Source: Oligoflexales bacterium
Lineage (GTDB): Bacteria > Bdellovibrionota_B > Oligoflexia > Oligoflexales > JALZUQ01
Assembly: GCA_023301565.1 (NCBI GenBank)
Contig: JALZUO010000028.1
Location: 123-64,122, forward strand
Reading direction: 5' to 3'
DNA: 64,000 nt
The notes beneath the pieces were generated by a model. That model was given only the letters and a program-made list of their open reading frames with translations, made no database searches and had not been told where the DNA came from. This document shows, one piece after another, positions 47,756-59,870 of the stretch. How positions within the stretch are numbered: the first letter of the stretch is position 1; each line of letters begins with the position of its first letter. The position numbers and the translations under genes are program-made.

Positions 47756-49228
47756 ATGCGATTATTTGGTGGGTGGAGCTTGTGCATTTGGTTGGCTTTG
47801 TGGAGCTATTCGGTAAATGCTCAGACCAGCAATGTATCAGACCTTAGGTCTTCGGTGTTTAAGATCATCACTATCAGCGCCTCGCCTGATTACAGAAACC
47901 CGTGGAACGATTTTTCACCTTCTCAATCTTTTGGTACCGGATTTTATATAGGTCAAAAGCTTATTTTGACAAACGCGCACGTAGTGGCTGAACACCGTTA
48001 TGTCATGGTGCAAAAAGACGGTGAGGCCAGGCCTGTAAGAGCCAAGGTCTTGTTTCAAGGCCATGATTGTGACCTAGCAATTTTGAGTGTCGATGACGCT
48101 GCGTTTTTTCAAAACATAAAGCCTCTGACTTTAGGGGGCGTCCCTAGGCTTTTGTCTCCGGTTCAAGCGATTGGCTACCCAGTGGGTGGAGAGCAGCTTT
48201 CGATCACAGACGGTGTCGTAAGCCGAATGGGGTTTAATGTTTATTCTCACGACGGTTTTGCCCAGCATTTTTTAATCCAAGTTGATTCGGCGATTAACCC
48301 AGGAAACAGCGGCGGGCCGGTGGTTCAAGGTGGCAAAGTAGTAGGGGTGGCCTTTCAAGGCCGAACCACAGCGCAAAGCACGGGCTACATTATTCCTACA
48401 CCTGTAGTCGAACGGTTTTTAACAGACATTTCAGATGGCAAGTACGACGGACACCCGTTTCACGGGTTATCGCTTCAAAAATGGTCGATGACAAACCCGA
48501 GTTTACGTAAGTTTATGAAAAAAAGTGACGTTCAAGGCATCCTGGTTGCGGATGTCGCCGAGTATGAAGGCGTATCAAAGGTGCTTCAAGCAGGTGATTT
48601 GATCACTGAGATGGAAGGAAAAGCCATTGGTGTCGACGGTAAAATTGAGTACTACCGCGAAAGAGTTGATTTTAGGGTTCTCATAGATCAAAAACAAGTG
48701 GGTGAAAACGTTTCGATGAAAATTGTGCGAAATGGCAAACCGATGGAAGTCAGCTTTAAGGCTGGCAGCCGCCGCAAACACTACAAGCGCAATACAGTTT
48801 ATAAAAAAAGGCCTCCTTATGCTGTTGTTGGCGGCATGGTTTTTACACCATTGACAAGAAACCTTTTAGAGACCTGGGGCAAGTCTTGGTACCTCGAATC
48901 GCCTCTTTCCCTGCGTAGAATCCACGCTTATTATGAGCACTCAGAGCTTGCCGGCCGCGACGATGTCATTGTCTATGTGCAAAAGCTTGGGTCTCGCATC
49001 AACAGCTACGTGCAGACGCCCAAGTTTGCCATTGTTAAGTCTGTTCAGGGTAAAGAGCCCAAAAGCTTTTCCGAGTTTGTAGAGCTAACGCAAAACTATG
49101 ATGGAAAATTTTTGAAGATCGACTACTTTTTTGATGAGATACCTACTTTTTTAAGTCAAGAATCAAGAAAAGAAGCAGAGGCTGAGATTCTTCAGTCGTT
49201 TCGAATTCAAAAAGGTTTTGTTCTTTAA
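47756..49228 (+). CDS. Deg/HtrA serine protease of the Deg2/9/10-like two-PDZ type
   Basis: LTNAHVV, HDCDLAIL, AINPGNSGGP; signal peptide; PDZ region. Confidence 0.92.
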   Translation: MRLFGGWSLCIWLALWSYSVNAQTSNVSDLRSSVFKIITISASPDYRNPWNDFSPSQSFGTGFYIGQKLILTNAHVVAEHRYVMVQKDGEARPVRAKVLFQGHDCDLAILSVDDAAFFQNIKPLTLGGVPRLLSPVQAIGYPVGGEQLSITDGVVSRMGFNVYSHDGFAQHFLIQVDSAINPGNSGGPVVQGGKVVGVAFQGRTTAQSTGYIIPTPVVERFLTDISDGKYDGHPFHGLSLQKWSMTNPSLRKFMKKSDVQGILVADVAEYEGVSKVLQAGDLITEMEGKAIGVDGKIEYYRERVDFRVLIDQKQVGENVSMKIVRNGKPMEVSFKAGSRRKHYKRNTVYKKRPPYAVVGGMVFTPLTRNLLETWGKSWYLESPLSLRRIHAYYEHSELAGRDDVIVYVQKLGSRINSYVQTPKFAIVKSVQGKEPKSFSEFVELTQNYDGKFLKIDYFFDEIPTFLSQESRKEAEAEILQSFRIQKGFVL

Positions 49229-49250
49229 ACGCTTGCTCTAGGAGCTTTCA

Positions 49251-50750
49251 GTGAAAAATATTTATTTATCTGGATATAAAACAGCAGGAAAGCAGCTTAT
49301 GTATAAACTTGGAATCATCGCAGTACTCTTTTCGGTTTTCATTTCGTCTTTTAGTTGTGTCCCGACTAGCGTGCTAGATCACAAAAACAGCATTGCGCTG
49401 ATGAATGTAACTCGCTTAGATCCAGATTTTGAAGCGCCTTGGCTCATGCTTCCGCCTAAGCAAACCGCTGCCTTTGCTTTTTTTCTTTCTGACGACACGC
49501 TACTTACAACCTATAAGTTTTTGCAAAACACTAGGCTTGTCGATGCACAGCTTGTGGGAGAGAGTGAAAAACGCGAAGCAGAAGTATCTTTTTTTGATCC
49601 AGATGTAGGCTACGCACTTCTCAAGCTAAAAGAGCCGATCAAGGACGCTAACCCTTACAGCTTGTTGAATGAGGAGCTTTCCATTGGTAAAAAGTGTACG
49701 GGCATACGGGTGGAAAAGGGCGATCAAATCAAAGAGGTAGAGCTGACCCTTGAAAGGGTTGAGATGGGTGAGATTTCGACGAGCTTAAGGCGAGTGCCGC
49801 AATATATTTTTAGCGGTGAGTCCGATGGTTTTGGTTTGAACCAGCCACTACTATGCGGAAGCATGTTAGCTGGGCTGATTGTTGCAAAAGGCGACGATGA
49901 ACTTACGGTGACCCCTTCTTTTTTGATGAAGGATTTTTTATCTCGCTCCAAGAAAAAAGAGTACATAGGCTATGCGAGTCTAGGCGTTTCTACAGACGCT
50001 GTGTTGGATAAAAATCGCTTGGAGTATATGGGGATTGAAAAGGGACAGACAGGACTCGTTGTCCGCTACATTTTACCTGATAGCCCAGCTGCCAAGCATT
50101 TAAAAGCGGGAGATTTTATCACAGATTTGGATGGACACGCTTTGGACGAGTATGGGTACATCGAACATAAAAAATGGGGCAAAATTAAGTTCCACTATGT
50201 GGTTTCGAAGAAATCTCCTGGAGAGTCAATCAAAGTTACGCGGTATCGTGATGGAAAAAAAGAGTCTGTTTCTTGGGAGCTCGATCGCTTTGATTCAAAT
50301 ACAGGCCTACTGCATGTGAACTCAAAAAACTCGCTACAGTTAGACCATGAAATCATCGGTGGAATGATTTTTCAAGAGCTCAGCTTAGGCTACTTAAAAG
50401 TCTGGGGTAAAAACTGGTACAAGACAGCACCACTGCGGTTGATGCAGATATTTTCGCAGTCTAACTTTGAACGTGAAAAGAAGGGCGAGCGTGTAGTAGT
50501 CCTCAACAAAGTACTGGCCGACTCGGTCAATGAAGGCTACCAGGACCTGCAAAGCCTTATTTTAGATTCGGTTAATGGCAAAAAGATACAATCCTTGGCT
50601 GATCTGCGAAAAATCATTAAGGATTTCCCTATGTTAGTTGACGGCAAAAAGTTTGCAAAGTTTGAGTTTAGGTTCCTTGAGGGCATGGCTGTTCTGGGAT
50701 ACGAGGCGATTGCTGCGTCCGAAAAAAGGATTGCCCAAAAGTACTTGTAA
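49251..50750 (+). CDS. Deg-like PDZ protein with degenerate protease domain
   Basis: Same layout as the upstream gene, but LTTYKFL replaces LTNAHVV and GFGLNQP replaces PGNSGGP; possible lipobox SFSC. Confidence 0.8.
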   Translation: MKNIYLSGYKTAGKQLMYKLGIIAVLFSVFISSFSCVPTSVLDHKNSIALMNVTRLDPDFEAPWLMLPPKQTAAFAFFLSDDTLLTTYKFLQNTRLVDAQLVGESEKREAEVSFFDPDVGYALLKLKEPIKDANPYSLLNEELSIGKKCTGIRVEKGDQIKEVELTLERVEMGEISTSLRRVPQYIFSGESDGFGLNQPLLCGSMLAGLIVAKGDDELTVTPSFLMKDFLSRSKKKEYIGYASLGVSTDAVLDKNRLEYMGIEKGQTGLVVRYILPDSPAAKHLKAGDFITDLDGHALDEYGYIEHKKWGKIKFHYVVSKKSPGESIKVTRYRDGKKESVSWELDRFDSNTGLLHVNSKNSLQLDHEIIGGMIFQELSLGYLKVWGKNWYKTAPLRLMQIFSQSNFEREKKGERVVVLNKVLADSVNEGYQDLQSLILDSVNGKKIQSLADLRKIIKDFPMLVDGKKFAKFEFRFLEGMAVLGYEAIAASEKRIAQKYL

Positions 50751-50794
50751 GCCTTAAGTTGGTGCTTCGCCTTTTTCTAAGGTAGGGGGATTTT

Positions 50795-52066
50795 GTGCAC
50801 CAAACCAAAAATGAAACAAATTATGACGTAGTCGTGGTCGGTGGCGGGGCTGCAGGCTACTTTGCTGCTCTGAGCCTTTGTGAGCTTTCGGACGCTCCTT
50901 TAAAGGTGCTGATCTTAGAGGCGCAAAAGAGCTGCCTTGCGAAGGTGAAAATTTCAGGGGGCGGACGCTGCAACATTACCCATAACCTGATGGACCCCAA
51001 AGAGCTTATTAAAGGCTACCCGAGAGGCCGCAAAGAGATGCTTGGGCCTTTTTATCATTGGGGTCCGCAGCAGATGCTCGACTGGTTTCAAAAGCACGGT
51101 TTGGACCACAAAATCGAAGCTGACGGACGGATCTTCCCCTTAAAAAACACCTCACAAGCAGTTATAGACTGTTTTGAATCGCTCGCCTTAAAGTATGGCA
51201 TCGAGGTCGAAACCCGGCAAATGGTTGAGTCGATCGAACGTCGTGAAGCTCGGTTTTGGCTGCAGACACCGACGCGTAGCATCGGCACCAAAAAGCTTCT
51301 GCTGGCAACTGGAGGTTCGCGTGCAGGCCACAAGCTAGCAGAAGGTTTGGGGCATAGCCTTACTTCTACCTTCCCGAGTATTTTTACGTTTAAAGTAGCA
51401 GATAAAAATCTGCATGCCCTCTCGGGCCTTAGCTTGCAAGATGTTTCGGTAGAGCTTCGTGCAGGCCCTAAGTCTTTTACAGCCCGTGGCCCGCTGCTTG
51501 TGACCCACTGGGGCCTTTCCGGGCCTTCTGTCTTAAAGGTTTCAGCTTTTGCTGCTGGCGAGCTAGCAGCTATTAAGTACCGGTCTTTGTTTGCTTTAGA
51601 TTTTTTTCCAGACCAAAGTAAAGAAGAGCTTTTCACGCGGCTAGAGGTCATTGCCCGTAAAAATCCAAAGAAAAAAGTTGCCACGACCCCTTTTGAGCCA
51701 ATTCCAAAACGATTTTGGCAATACCTGGTGCAAAACCAGGCCTTAGATTCTGCTTTTTGGAATGACGAGTGGAATAAGCTCAGTGAAAAACAGCTTTTGG
51801 AGTTTGCCGGCAGGCTTAAAAAATTCGAGCTACACCTTGCTGGCAGGGCTGTTTACAAAGACGAGTTTGTCACAGGCGGCGGGGTAGAAAACAAGGGGGT
51901 GGATTTTAGGACCATGCAAAGCAAACTTGTCGAAGGTCTTTATTTTTCAGGAGAAATCTTAAATGTGGACGGGATTACCGGGGGGTTCAACTTTCAAAAT
52001 GCTTGGACTACTGGGCGTCTTTGTGGTCAGCATCTTGCGAAAGTACTTGAGCCTATTTGCTCGTAA
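50795..52066 (+). CDS. HI0933/BaiN-family flavoprotein
   Basis: GGGAAG, KVKISGGGRCN, DGRIFP, ATGG, THWGLSGP, VTGGGV, DGITGGFNFQNAW. Confidence 0.93.
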   Translation: MHQTKNETNYDVVVVGGGAAGYFAALSLCELSDAPLKVLILEAQKSCLAKVKISGGGRCNITHNLMDPKELIKGYPRGRKEMLGPFYHWGPQQMLDWFQKHGLDHKIEADGRIFPLKNTSQAVIDCFESLALKYGIEVETRQMVESIERREARFWLQTPTRSIGTKKLLLATGGSRAGHKLAEGLGHSLTSTFPSIFTFKVADKNLHALSGLSLQDVSVELRAGPKSFTARGPLLVTHWGLSGPSVLKVSAFAAGELAAIKYRSLFALDFFPDQSKEELFTRLEVIARKNPKKKVATTPFEPIPKRFWQYLVQNQALDSAFWNDEWNKLSEKQLLEFAGRLKKFELHLAGRAVYKDEFVTGGGVENKGVDFRTMQSKLVEGLYFSGEILNVDGITGGFNFQNAWTTGRLCGQHLAKVLEPICS

Positions 52067-53168
52067 CCTTGGCTTCGGGGAAAATAACTTTAAAGGTTGT
52101 GCCTGCTTTGTGTTTGCTTTCGACTTCGATTCTTCCACCCATGTTCTCCATGATGCGAAAGCATATAGATAGCCCTAAACCTGTGCCCTCGCCAGGGTCT
52201 TTGGTTGTAAAAAAAGGGTCAAAGATCTTCTTTAGATTTTCTTCGCTAATCCCTTTTCCAGAATCTCTAAAACAAATCACAAGCTCTGAGCCAATTTTTT
52301 TTGCATCGATATTTAGCTCGCCACCCCCAGGCATTGCTTGGATGCCATTTTGGATGATATTCAAAAAAACTTGGATGACAGAGTTTTTGTTTCCGGAAAT
52401 AGTGAAATTTTCTATTTCACCGCTAGTGGTGATTCTAACGTTTTGGTATTTCGAAGCTAAAGCACCAAACTTTTCGGCTACTTTTAATGCTTCTGCTAGC
52501 TCGAAGCTCTCTTTTTTACCGTCACTACTCGAACGTGCAAACTCTAGCAGTTGTTTTACAATCTCTTTGCAGCGTTGAGCAGCCGACTCAATCTCCACGA
52601 TGTCTTGAAAAACAGGGTTGTTTTGTTCTACTTCGCGCAAAAGCATCTGTGAAAAGACGAGTATGCCACCTAGAGGGTTGTTGATCTCGTGCGCGATGCC
52701 TCCGGCCAAAAGACCAATCGAGGCGAGCTTTTCTTGTTGTAGTAGCTGTTTTTCCATTTTTTTTGCGGCTGTGCGATCACGGTAAACGTGCACATACTGA
52801 TCTTTTACTCCAGGTATTGGCTGAGAAGAAACCTCATAAGTGCGTTCGCCTTGAATGTCTTTTAACTCAAACTGAAAGGCTTCAGACTTATCTGTACTTT
52901 GTTTTAGCTTGCATCCGCTGCATGGCTTGTTTAATCCAGCAAAAACTTCGTAGCACTTTTTCCCCACAATTTCTTTGGGATTTAGGTCCTGTAGTTTTGC
53001 GGCTGCTCGGTTTGAACGCTGTATCTCATACTGGCCGTCAATGATCATCAAAGGGTCAACCAAGGCGTCAACGGTTGCTAGCCACTGACGCTTAATCTGC
53101 TCAATAAAGGCGAGCTCTTCGGACCTTTGGTCTTTATCGGTTCCTTTTGGAAGTTTTGATGCGCCCAT
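52053..53168 (-). CDS. Cytoplasmic PAS-domain histidine kinase (NtrB-like)
   Basis: PAS with GKKCY..PCSGC; AGGIAHEINNPL; DSGKGI; FDPFFTTK; GTGLGL. Confidence 0.92.
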   Translation of the reverse strand: MGASKLPKGTDKDQRSEELAFIEQIKRQWLATVDALVDPLMIIDGQYEIQRSNRAAAKLQDLNPKEIVGKKCYEVFAGLNKPCSGCKLKQSTDKSEAFQFELKDIQGERTYEVSSQPIPGVKDQYVHVYRDRTAAKKMEKQLLQQEKLASIGLLAGGIAHEINNPLGGILVFSQMLLREVEQNNPVFQDIVEIESAAQRCKEIVKQLLEFARSSSDGKKESFELAEALKVAEKFGALASKYQNVRITTSGEIENFTISGNKNSVIQVFLNIIQNGIQAMPGGGELNIDAKKIGSELVICFRDSGKGISEENLKKIFDPFFTTKDPGEGTGLGLSICFRIMENMGGRIEVESKHKAGTTFKVIFPEAKVTSK

Positions 53169-53180
53169 ATCCTTAGTCCA

Positions 53181-55682
53181 TCAATGCTTTACAGCATTTC
53201 CAGAAGAATCTTTCCCGGAAACCTGCTCAGTTATTTTTTGCAGTTTTGCAAGCAAGTCATCTTTTTTCTTACGTGTAGAAGAGGCTTCATCCCAGGCTAG
53301 GGCGTGGATAAGAACCTGGTCCATGTGCTTTACGCAGTGAATTGTAAGGTTTTTAAGGATGTTCTTTGGAATATCTTCGATATCTTTACGGTTATCTTCT
53401 GGAATCACAATGACTTTGATGCCACCACGGTGAGCTGCAAGAAGCTTTTCTTTAAGTCCTCCAATAGGCAAGACGCGGCCGCGCAAAGTGATCTCTCCTG
53501 TCATCGCCACAAACCTGTTTACTGGCCTGCCTGTGATTGCACTTGTAAGTGCTGTTGCCATGCAGATACCAGCCGAAGGACCGTCTTTCGGGATGGCTCC
53601 TTCTGGCACATGAATATGAACATCTAATTTCTCATAAAACTTTTTATCTAAGCCAAGAAAGTCAGCTCTGGTTCGAACATAACTCCAAGCTGCGTGCGCA
53701 GACTCTTGCATGACCTCGCCGAGTTTACCTGTGATGCGAAGCTTACCGTTACCCGGGAAGGTTGCAACTTCAACCTCTAGAAGGTCTCCGCCTACTTGCG
53801 TCCAAGCCAGTCCCATGCAGATTCCGATTTCATTGAGGTCGTTTCGTAGACCAATGCGGTACCGTCTTGGGCCTAGGTATTTGCGTACACTTGCATCCGT
53901 AACTTTTTCTTTGATTTTTAAATCGTCTATGTTTGCTTTGAACTCTTCATCGCCAGTTTTTTTACCGTCTTTGAAGTATTTATCTAGGTGCTTACGAGCT
54001 AGTTTGCGAAAAACAGACCCGATTTCACGCTCTAAATTACGAACGCCAGCTTCACGGGTGTAGTACTGAATAAGCTCGCGAATTGCCTTGTTATCAAAGT
54101 TAATTTCTTGATCTTTAAGCCCTGTTTCTTTTTGCTGCCTATCTACCAGGTACTGCGATGCAATCGACTCTTTTTCTTCTTCCGTGTAGCCGGACAGTTG
54201 AATCATCTCTAGGCGGTCCAGTAGGGGCCCTGGAATGGTGTGGGTCGAGTTGGCTGTAGCTAAAAACAAAACACGTGAAAGGTCATAGTCTAGATCTAAG
54301 TAGTGATCTTGAAAGGTGTTGTTTTGCTGCGGGTCAAGAACTTCAAGAAGTGCCGCTGAAGGGTCTCCGCGGTGGTCTCTACCTAGCTTGTCAATCTCGT
54401 CAAGCAAGATCACAGGGTTAGAAGTCTTTGCTCTTTTTAACGCACGCATGATCTTTCCTGGCATCGCACCGATGTAGGTTCTTCTGTGGCCACGGATTTC
54501 AGCCTCATCGCTTACACCACCCAAACTCATACGAACAAACTCCCGGCCGGTTGCTTTTGCAACGCTTCGGGCAAGGCTTGTTTTACCAACCCCAGGAGGG
54601 CCTACCAAGCAAAGGATTGGACCTTTGGGCGTTTCAACCAAGGAGGAAACACTTAGGTATTCAATGATGCGGTCTTTGATCTTTTCAAGGCCATAATGGT
54701 CACCATCTAAGATGCTTTTGGCCTTTGCTGTATCCTTGGACTCTTCCGAAAAATCTCCCCAAGGAAGTCCTAGTACCGTGTCCATGTAGTTGCGAACTAC
54801 AGTTGCCTCGGCTGACATGGGGGACATTTGCTTTAGTTTTTTAAACTCTTTTGTGAGCTTTTCTCTAGCTTCTTTGGAAAGTTTTTTTTCCTTGATTTGC
54901 TTTTCTATGTCTGCAATTTCATTGCGCCCATCGTCGCGCTCTCCAAGCTCTTTTTGAATGGCCTGCATTTGCTCGTTTAGGTAGTATTCCTTTTGAGTTT
55001 TTTCCATCTGGCGTTTTACACGCGCTCTAATTCTTTTTTCTACACGCATGATTTCAATTTCAGATTGAATAAAGCCATAGAGCTCTTCTAGGCGGACTCT
55101 AGAGTCTGTTTGTTCGAGGAGCCTTTGCTTATCTGCAAGCTTCAAGTTGCTAAGCTGAGCGACTAGGGTGTCTGCAAGCTTAGATTCATCTTCGATTCCC
55201 GTGATGGAAAGAAGCATCTCTGGTGCAATCCGCTTGTTTAGCCTTACATAGTTATCAAAAGCTGTTTTTACAGTGCGAACCAACGCTTCGTTTTCAATGC
55301 CTTTATCGGCAGCTTCTGGCAAGACTTCTGCATCGACTAAAAATACGCGATCTGTTTCTACGAATTCTTTGATCTTAGCTCTGCTCTTTCCTTCGACCAG
55401 TACTTTTACGGTTCCGTCGGGTAGGGGAAGCATCTGCACGATTTCAGCAATGGTGCCGACTTCAAATATGTCGGTTTCAGATGGTTTGTTTGTTTTGGCT
55501 TTTTTCTGTGCGGACAAAAGGATCATGCGTCCAGTAGACTCTGCTTCTTCTAGTGCGCGGATAGACTTTTCTCTACCTACAAATAACGGTACAACCGTGG
55601 AAGGAAAGACAATGATGTCTCTGAGCGGCAACAGGGGAAGCCTGATTCCGTTGGTCGGTGCTTTGTTTTCTTGATCAGCCAT
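53181..55682 (-). CDS. lon: ATP-dependent protease La
   Basis: [36 protein letters not shown]. Confidence 0.98.
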   Translation of the reverse strand: MADQENKAPTNGIRLPLLPLRDIIVFPSTVVPLFVGREKSIRALEEAESTGRMILLSAQKKAKTNKPSETDIFEVGTIAEIVQMLPLPDGTVKVLVEGKSRAKIKEFVETDRVFLVDAEVLPEAADKGIENEALVRTVKTAFDNYVRLNKRIAPEMLLSITGIEDESKLADTLVAQLSNLKLADKQRLLEQTDSRVRLEELYGFIQSEIEIMRVEKRIRARVKRQMEKTQKEYYLNEQMQAIQKELGERDDGRNEIADIEKQIKEKKLSKEAREKLTKEFKKLKQMSPMSAEATVVRNYMDTVLGLPWGDFSEESKDTAKAKSILDGDHYGLEKIKDRIIEYLSVSSLVETPKGPILCLVGPPGVGKTSLARSVAKATGREFVRMSLGGVSDEAEIRGHRRTYIGAMPGKIMRALKRAKTSNPVILLDEIDKLGRDHRGDPSAALLEVLDPQQNNTFQDHYLDLDYDLSRVLFLATANSTHTIPGPLLDRLEMIQLSGYTEEEKESIASQYLVDRQQKETGLKDQEINFDNKAIRELIQYYTREAGVRNLEREIGSVFRKLARKHLDKYFKDGKKTGDEEFKANIDDLKIKEKVTDASVRKYLGPRRYRIGLRNDLNEIGICMGLAWTQVGGDLLEVEVATFPGNGKLRITGKLGEVMQESAHAAWSYVRTRADFLGLDKKFYEKLDVHIHVPEGAIPKDGPSAGICMATALTSAITGRPVNRFVAMTGEITLRGRVLPIGGLKEKLLAAHRGGIKVIVIPEDNRKDIEDIPKNILKNLTIHCVKHMDQVLIHALAWDEASSTRKKKDDLLAKLQKITEQVSGKDSSGNAVKH

Positions 55683-55931
55683 AAGAAACCTCTTTTCTAT
55701 CTCAGTTTTCTTTTCGGCTCGATTGATTCAACGGTCAAACAAAATAGAACCGTTTTTTCAGGATTTAGCCTGAATCCATCGAATTCGAAAAGACACAACT
55801 ACCTGAATATTATAGCGCACAAAGTAGGAAAACTTTGCCTGAAAAACGTTCTTTTTGATTAAGCTACCAAGTAGCAAGCAAAGAAAGCTAAGCCACTTGG
55901 TGTTGGAGTAAGTTGTTTTGGCAGCTATGCC

Positions 55932-57248
55932 TTATTGGTCATCACTTTTTTTCGAAGCTTGACTTTCAGTTGTAGATTGCCCTACCGCTTTTTTTGTCTT
56001 TTTTTCTTCGGGTGCATGATAAACCAAAATTGCTTCTTGGGTTCCAGCGATGGACTCTTCGGTTAAAACACACTCTTTTAGGTTTTCAATGCTTGGAAGG
56101 TCATACATTAAGTCTAACATCGAGTTTTCAATGATGCTTCTTAAGCCCCTGGCACCAGTTTTTCGAGCGATTGCTTCTTTTACAACGGCTCTTAAGGCGC
56201 CTTCAGAGAACTTTAGCTCAACATCTTCAAATTCAAATAGCTTTTGAAACTGCTTCACAATCGCATTTTTTGGCTTGGTCAAAATCTGCATCAATGCTTC
56301 TTCGTCAAGTTCGGCAAGCGTACACAAGACAGGAAGTCTCCCCAGGAATTCCGGGATAAGACCGTATTTCATTAGATCTTCCGTGCGAACCTGGGCAAAA
56401 AGATCGTTGATGTTTTTTTCTTTTTGCGCGACTAGTTCAGCACCAAAGCCCATTTTAGAGACTTCTACACGCTGGCTAATCACAGAATCTAAACCGGCAA
56501 ATGCTCCGCCACAGATAAACAAGATGTCTCCAGTGTCTACCTGGAGAAACTCCTGCTGTGGGTGTTTTCTACCGCCGCGAGGAGGTACGTTTGCAATAGT
56601 TCCTTCGATGATTTTCAAAAGTGCTTGCTGCACGCCTTCACCAGAAACATCTCTGGTAATAGAAGGATTGTCAGACTTGCGGGCGATTTTATCAATCTCG
56701 TCAATGTAGCATATGCCTCGCTGTGCAAGGTCTACATCGTAGTCTGCAGATTGAAGTAGGTTTAGAATAATGTTTTCTACATCTTCACCAACATAGCCAG
56801 CTTCTGTAAGGTTCGTAGCGTCTGCAATGGTAAACGGAACCTGAAGGATTTTAGCCAATGTCTGGGCTAAAAGTGTCTTACCGCTACCGGTGGGGCCAAT
56901 AAGAAGGATGTTGGACTTTTGCAGTTCAATATCATCGTCCTTAGCCTGCTTTTTAGCTTCGATTCGTTTGTAGTGATTGTGTACGGCTACAGAAAGAACC
57001 TTTTTAGCCCTGTCCTGACCGATAATGTATTCGTCAAGGATAGCACGTATCTCTTTGGGTTTTGGAACGCTGCCACTAGGACTTAACAGCTCTTCTTTTT
57101 CTACTTCTTCTGCGATGATATCGTTGCAAAGCTGAATGCACTCGTCACATATATAAACGTTTGGTCCAGCAATGAGCTTACGAACTTCACGCTGACTTTT
57201 TCCGCAAAAACTGCAGCTCAATCCACTATCTTTTGTTTTACTCGACAT
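55932..57248 (-). CDS. clpX: ClpX ATPase
   Basis: CSFCGK..ICDEC zinc finger, [22 protein letters not shown] loop. Confidence 0.98.
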   Translation of the reverse strand: MSSKTKDSGLSCSFCGKSQREVRKLIAGPNVYICDECIQLCNDIIAEEVEKEELLSPSGSVPKPKEIRAILDEYIIGQDRAKKVLSVAVHNHYKRIEAKKQAKDDDIELQKSNILLIGPTGSGKTLLAQTLAKILQVPFTIADATNLTEAGYVGEDVENIILNLLQSADYDVDLAQRGICYIDEIDKIARKSDNPSITRDVSGEGVQQALLKIIEGTIANVPPRGGRKHPQQEFLQVDTGDILFICGGAFAGLDSVISQRVEVSKMGFGAELVAQKEKNINDLFAQVRTEDLMKYGLIPEFLGRLPVLCTLAELDEEALMQILTKPKNAIVKQFQKLFEFEDVELKFSEGALRAVVKEAIARKTGARGLRSIIENSMLDLMYDLPSIENLKECVLTEESIAGTQEAILVYHAPEEKKTKKAVGQSTTESQASKKSDDQ

Positions 57249-57276
57249 TGTGTATAGTCCTTTCTATCTCAGTCGA

Positions 57277-57885
57277 TCACTTGTTTGGGGTGGGTTGTTT
57301 TGCCCCGCCACCAGAAATGACTTCATCGATGATCCCATACTTTTGTGCCTCATCAGCTGTCATGTAGTTGTCTCGGTCTATGTCTTCTAATACTTGCTTT
57401 TTGCTTCGGCCCGTATTGGCAGCCATGATCTCAGCCATTTTTTCTTTAGTTTTAATGATTTCGTTGGCTTGAATACGGATATCTGTTGATTGCCCTGTTG
57501 CACCGCCTAGTGGCTGGTGGATCATGACCCTAGCGTTAGGAAGAGCATACCTTTTGCCTTTTGCCCCAGCAGAAAGAAGCCATGCTCCCATGCTTGCACA
57601 TTGTCCGATGCAATAGGTTCTTACAGGCGATTTAATCAGTTCCATGGCATCGTATATGGCCATTCCAGCAGTTACCGAACCGCCTGGAGTGTTTATGTAA
57701 AAATGAATGTCTTGGTCAGGTGCTTGGCTTTCTAAAAATAGAAGTTGAGCAACAATTACGTTTGCAATTTCGTCCATAACCGGCGTACCAAGAAAGATGA
57801 TTCTTTCTTTTAAAAGCCGGGAATAAATATCCCAAGACCTTTCGCCTCTACTGGTTTGCTCTACTACGATGGGTACCAACGCCAT
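57277..57885 (-). CDS. clpP: ClpP protease
   Basis: [34 protein letters not shown]. Confidence 0.97.
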   Translation of the reverse strand: MALVPIVVEQTSRGERSWDIYSRLLKERIIFLGTPVMDEIANVIVAQLLFLESQAPDQDIHFYINTPGGSVTAGMAIYDAMELIKSPVRTYCIGQCASMGAWLLSAGAKGKRYALPNARVMIHQPLGGATGQSTDIRIQANEIIKTKEKMAEIMAANTGRSKKQVLEDIDRDNYMTADEAQKYGIIDEVISGGGAKQPTPNK

Positions 57886-58250
57886 ACCTACTCCTGAACT
57901 TGAAGGTTTCACCGTATACTTGGAGGTTAGCCTGCCAAGCTACGGTTCTAGAAAAGATCTTCGACATCAATATGGGGGGCGTTTAGGGAAAGGCAAGGTT
58001 CCTGAGTATTTTCCGGACACTAGCGCGATTATTGTAGCGGCCAGCGAGCTGAGGAAAACTGCCTATAACCGGTTTATTTTGCCGGGTTATCAGTCAACTA
58101 AGCTATGGTAATTAAATATGAATTCCAAGCTTTGACCAGTGTTTTAAGTGCACATAAAAAATTATGTTCACACCCAATAAAAAGGGCCCAGAGGTAGGTG
58201 GCTGAAAATGCCACTTTACTGAGCCCAATATTAACTAAAGTGCAGGTGGT

Positions 58251-59525
58251 TTAGCCTACAAGTACTTCTAATGCTTTTTGCCTGGTCAGGCTTTCTCGGA
58301 TCGAGTCGCCGTGGCTTTGGAATACTTTGTCCACTTCTTTGGCATCTTTGGTTACGTCTTTTTTCAAATCTTCTGCAATTTGAGTTTTGACGATTTCATC
58401 GGTGACTTCGATTTTCTCTTGTTCTGCAACTTTCCACAAAACAATGATTTCTTTTGCGTGTCGCTCGGCGGAGTCTTTTACCGACTCGCGAAGCTTAGGG
58501 TTTTTGATAGCCGAATCATACTCTTCTTTTTTCTGCCATGGGTAGCGAGCAATCATATCGTTGATGCAGCTGTCAACCATGGACGGAGGAGCTTCGATGG
58601 TGTTTTTCGCAAAAACCTTATCCATAGCTTCTTTTTCAAGACTTGATTTTTGTGCTGTTTGCTTTTGTTCTAGAAGCTGACTTTTGGTTTCATCCGTTAG
58701 CTGAACTAAGCTTTCCTTCCCTAAGTCTTTGGCAAAATCGTCGTCCAAAGCTGGAACTTCTAATATCTGTAGGTCTTTCACAGATGAGATGACTTTAATC
58801 GATTTTTCCCGGATAGATTCAATAGGGAAGTCGCTGGGCGTTTTTGTTTCAAACTCTACGTTTTGGTCTTTTTTCGACTTTAAAAAACCTTTACCAAGCC
58901 ACCAGTCCGGGCTTTTTTCTTCAAGTTCAAAATACCTGGATTCAGATGATAAAGCTGGAATGACTTCGTCTTTTTCATCTTTTACGATCAAGCTAACCTG
59001 GACGACATTTCCAACAGCTGCTTCTGCGGTTGCTTCTGCAGTTTTTGTTTTTGCATGCATTTTCGTGAGGCGCTGCATTTGTTCATCTAGTTCTTTTTGC
59101 GGAACTTCGATGGTTTCTTTTTTTATGCCTAGGTTCTTATAGTCTTTCAGTTCTAACTCTGGAAGATTTTCGAGAATGGCACAAAAGTGAAACTCAACGT
59201 CACGCTTAGCCGAGTGCATATGGTCGATGGTTGGCCGACCTACAAACTTCAGCTTTTTTTCTTTATCCATCTGCTCTTGCATGGCACTTGGCAGTGCTTG
59301 CTGCAGCAGGTTCTGGGATACCTCGCTCGATAGCTGCTCGCCGTAAACCTTTTCAATCATTTCTAACGGGGCCTTACCCTTACGAAAGCCTTGAATGGTA
59401 GCCTGGCCTTTTAATTTTTGCAGCGAAGCAGCGTAAGCTTTGTTTACTTGGGAAGCGTCTACATGCACGCTTAACTTCGTTTGAACATTGTTTATCTTCT
59501 CTAAACTGGAGCGTAATCCTTCCAC
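58251..59525 (-). CDS. tig: Trigger factor
   Basis: GFRKGKAP ribosome-binding motif; position upstream of clpP-clpX-lon. Confidence 0.92.
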   Translation of the reverse strand: MEGLRSSLEKINNVQTKLSVHVDASQVNKAYAASLQKLKGQATIQGFRKGKAPLEMIEKVYGEQLSSEVSQNLLQQALPSAMQEQMDKEKKLKFVGRPTIDHMHSAKRDVEFHFCAILENLPELELKDYKNLGIKKETIEVPQKELDEQMQRLTKMHAKTKTAEATAEAAVGNVVQVSLIVKDEKDEVIPALSSESRYFELEEKSPDWWLGKGFLKSKKDQNVEFETKTPSDFPIESIREKSIKVISSVKDLQILEVPALDDDFAKDLGKESLVQLTDETKSQLLEQKQTAQKSSLEKEAMDKVFAKNTIEAPPSMVDSCINDMIARYPWQKKEEYDSAIKNPKLRESVKDSAERHAKEIIVLWKVAEQEKIEVTDEIVKTQIAEDLKKDVTKDAKEVDKVFQSHGDSIRESLTRQKALEVLVG

Positions 59526-59712
59526 AGTTAGTCTTTTCCTCTTTTAAAATTGGTTGTTTATCTGAGTGCGTCCGCCGCACACAGAAGGACTTGTTTAACG
59601 AATAATGCCAAAAACTGCTACGAAATAGTTACCTCAGGCTGTTTGAGGTGCGCCTGTAACGTTATGTATCTTAATTTACTGGTTTTTTTGTAGATTTAAA
59701 CTAAGGGATAAA

Positions 59713-59788
59713 TGGAGGTGCAGGCCGGATTCGAACCGGCGAATACCTGATTTGCAATCAGACCCCTTAGCCACTTGGGCACTGCACC
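59713..59788 (-). tRNA. tRNA-Cys(GCA)
   Basis: GGTGCAG/CTGCACC acceptor, TCTGA-TTGCAAA-TCAGG anticodon arm, GCCGG-TTCGAAT-CCGGC T arm, U73 and CCA. Confidence 0.96.
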
Positions 59789-59870
59789 CCGAAGACTTAT
59801 AACCATAAGGTTTAGTTGCCTCTGAAGTAAAGGGGGGTGACTCAAAAAATCACCACAACCCTCAAAAAAT

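Noticed and set aside
51088-51684. 198-aa minus-strand ORF and similar nested antisense ORFs throughout the track
   Set aside because: They lie opposite well-supported genes, have no motifs, and show typical antisense-frame composition.
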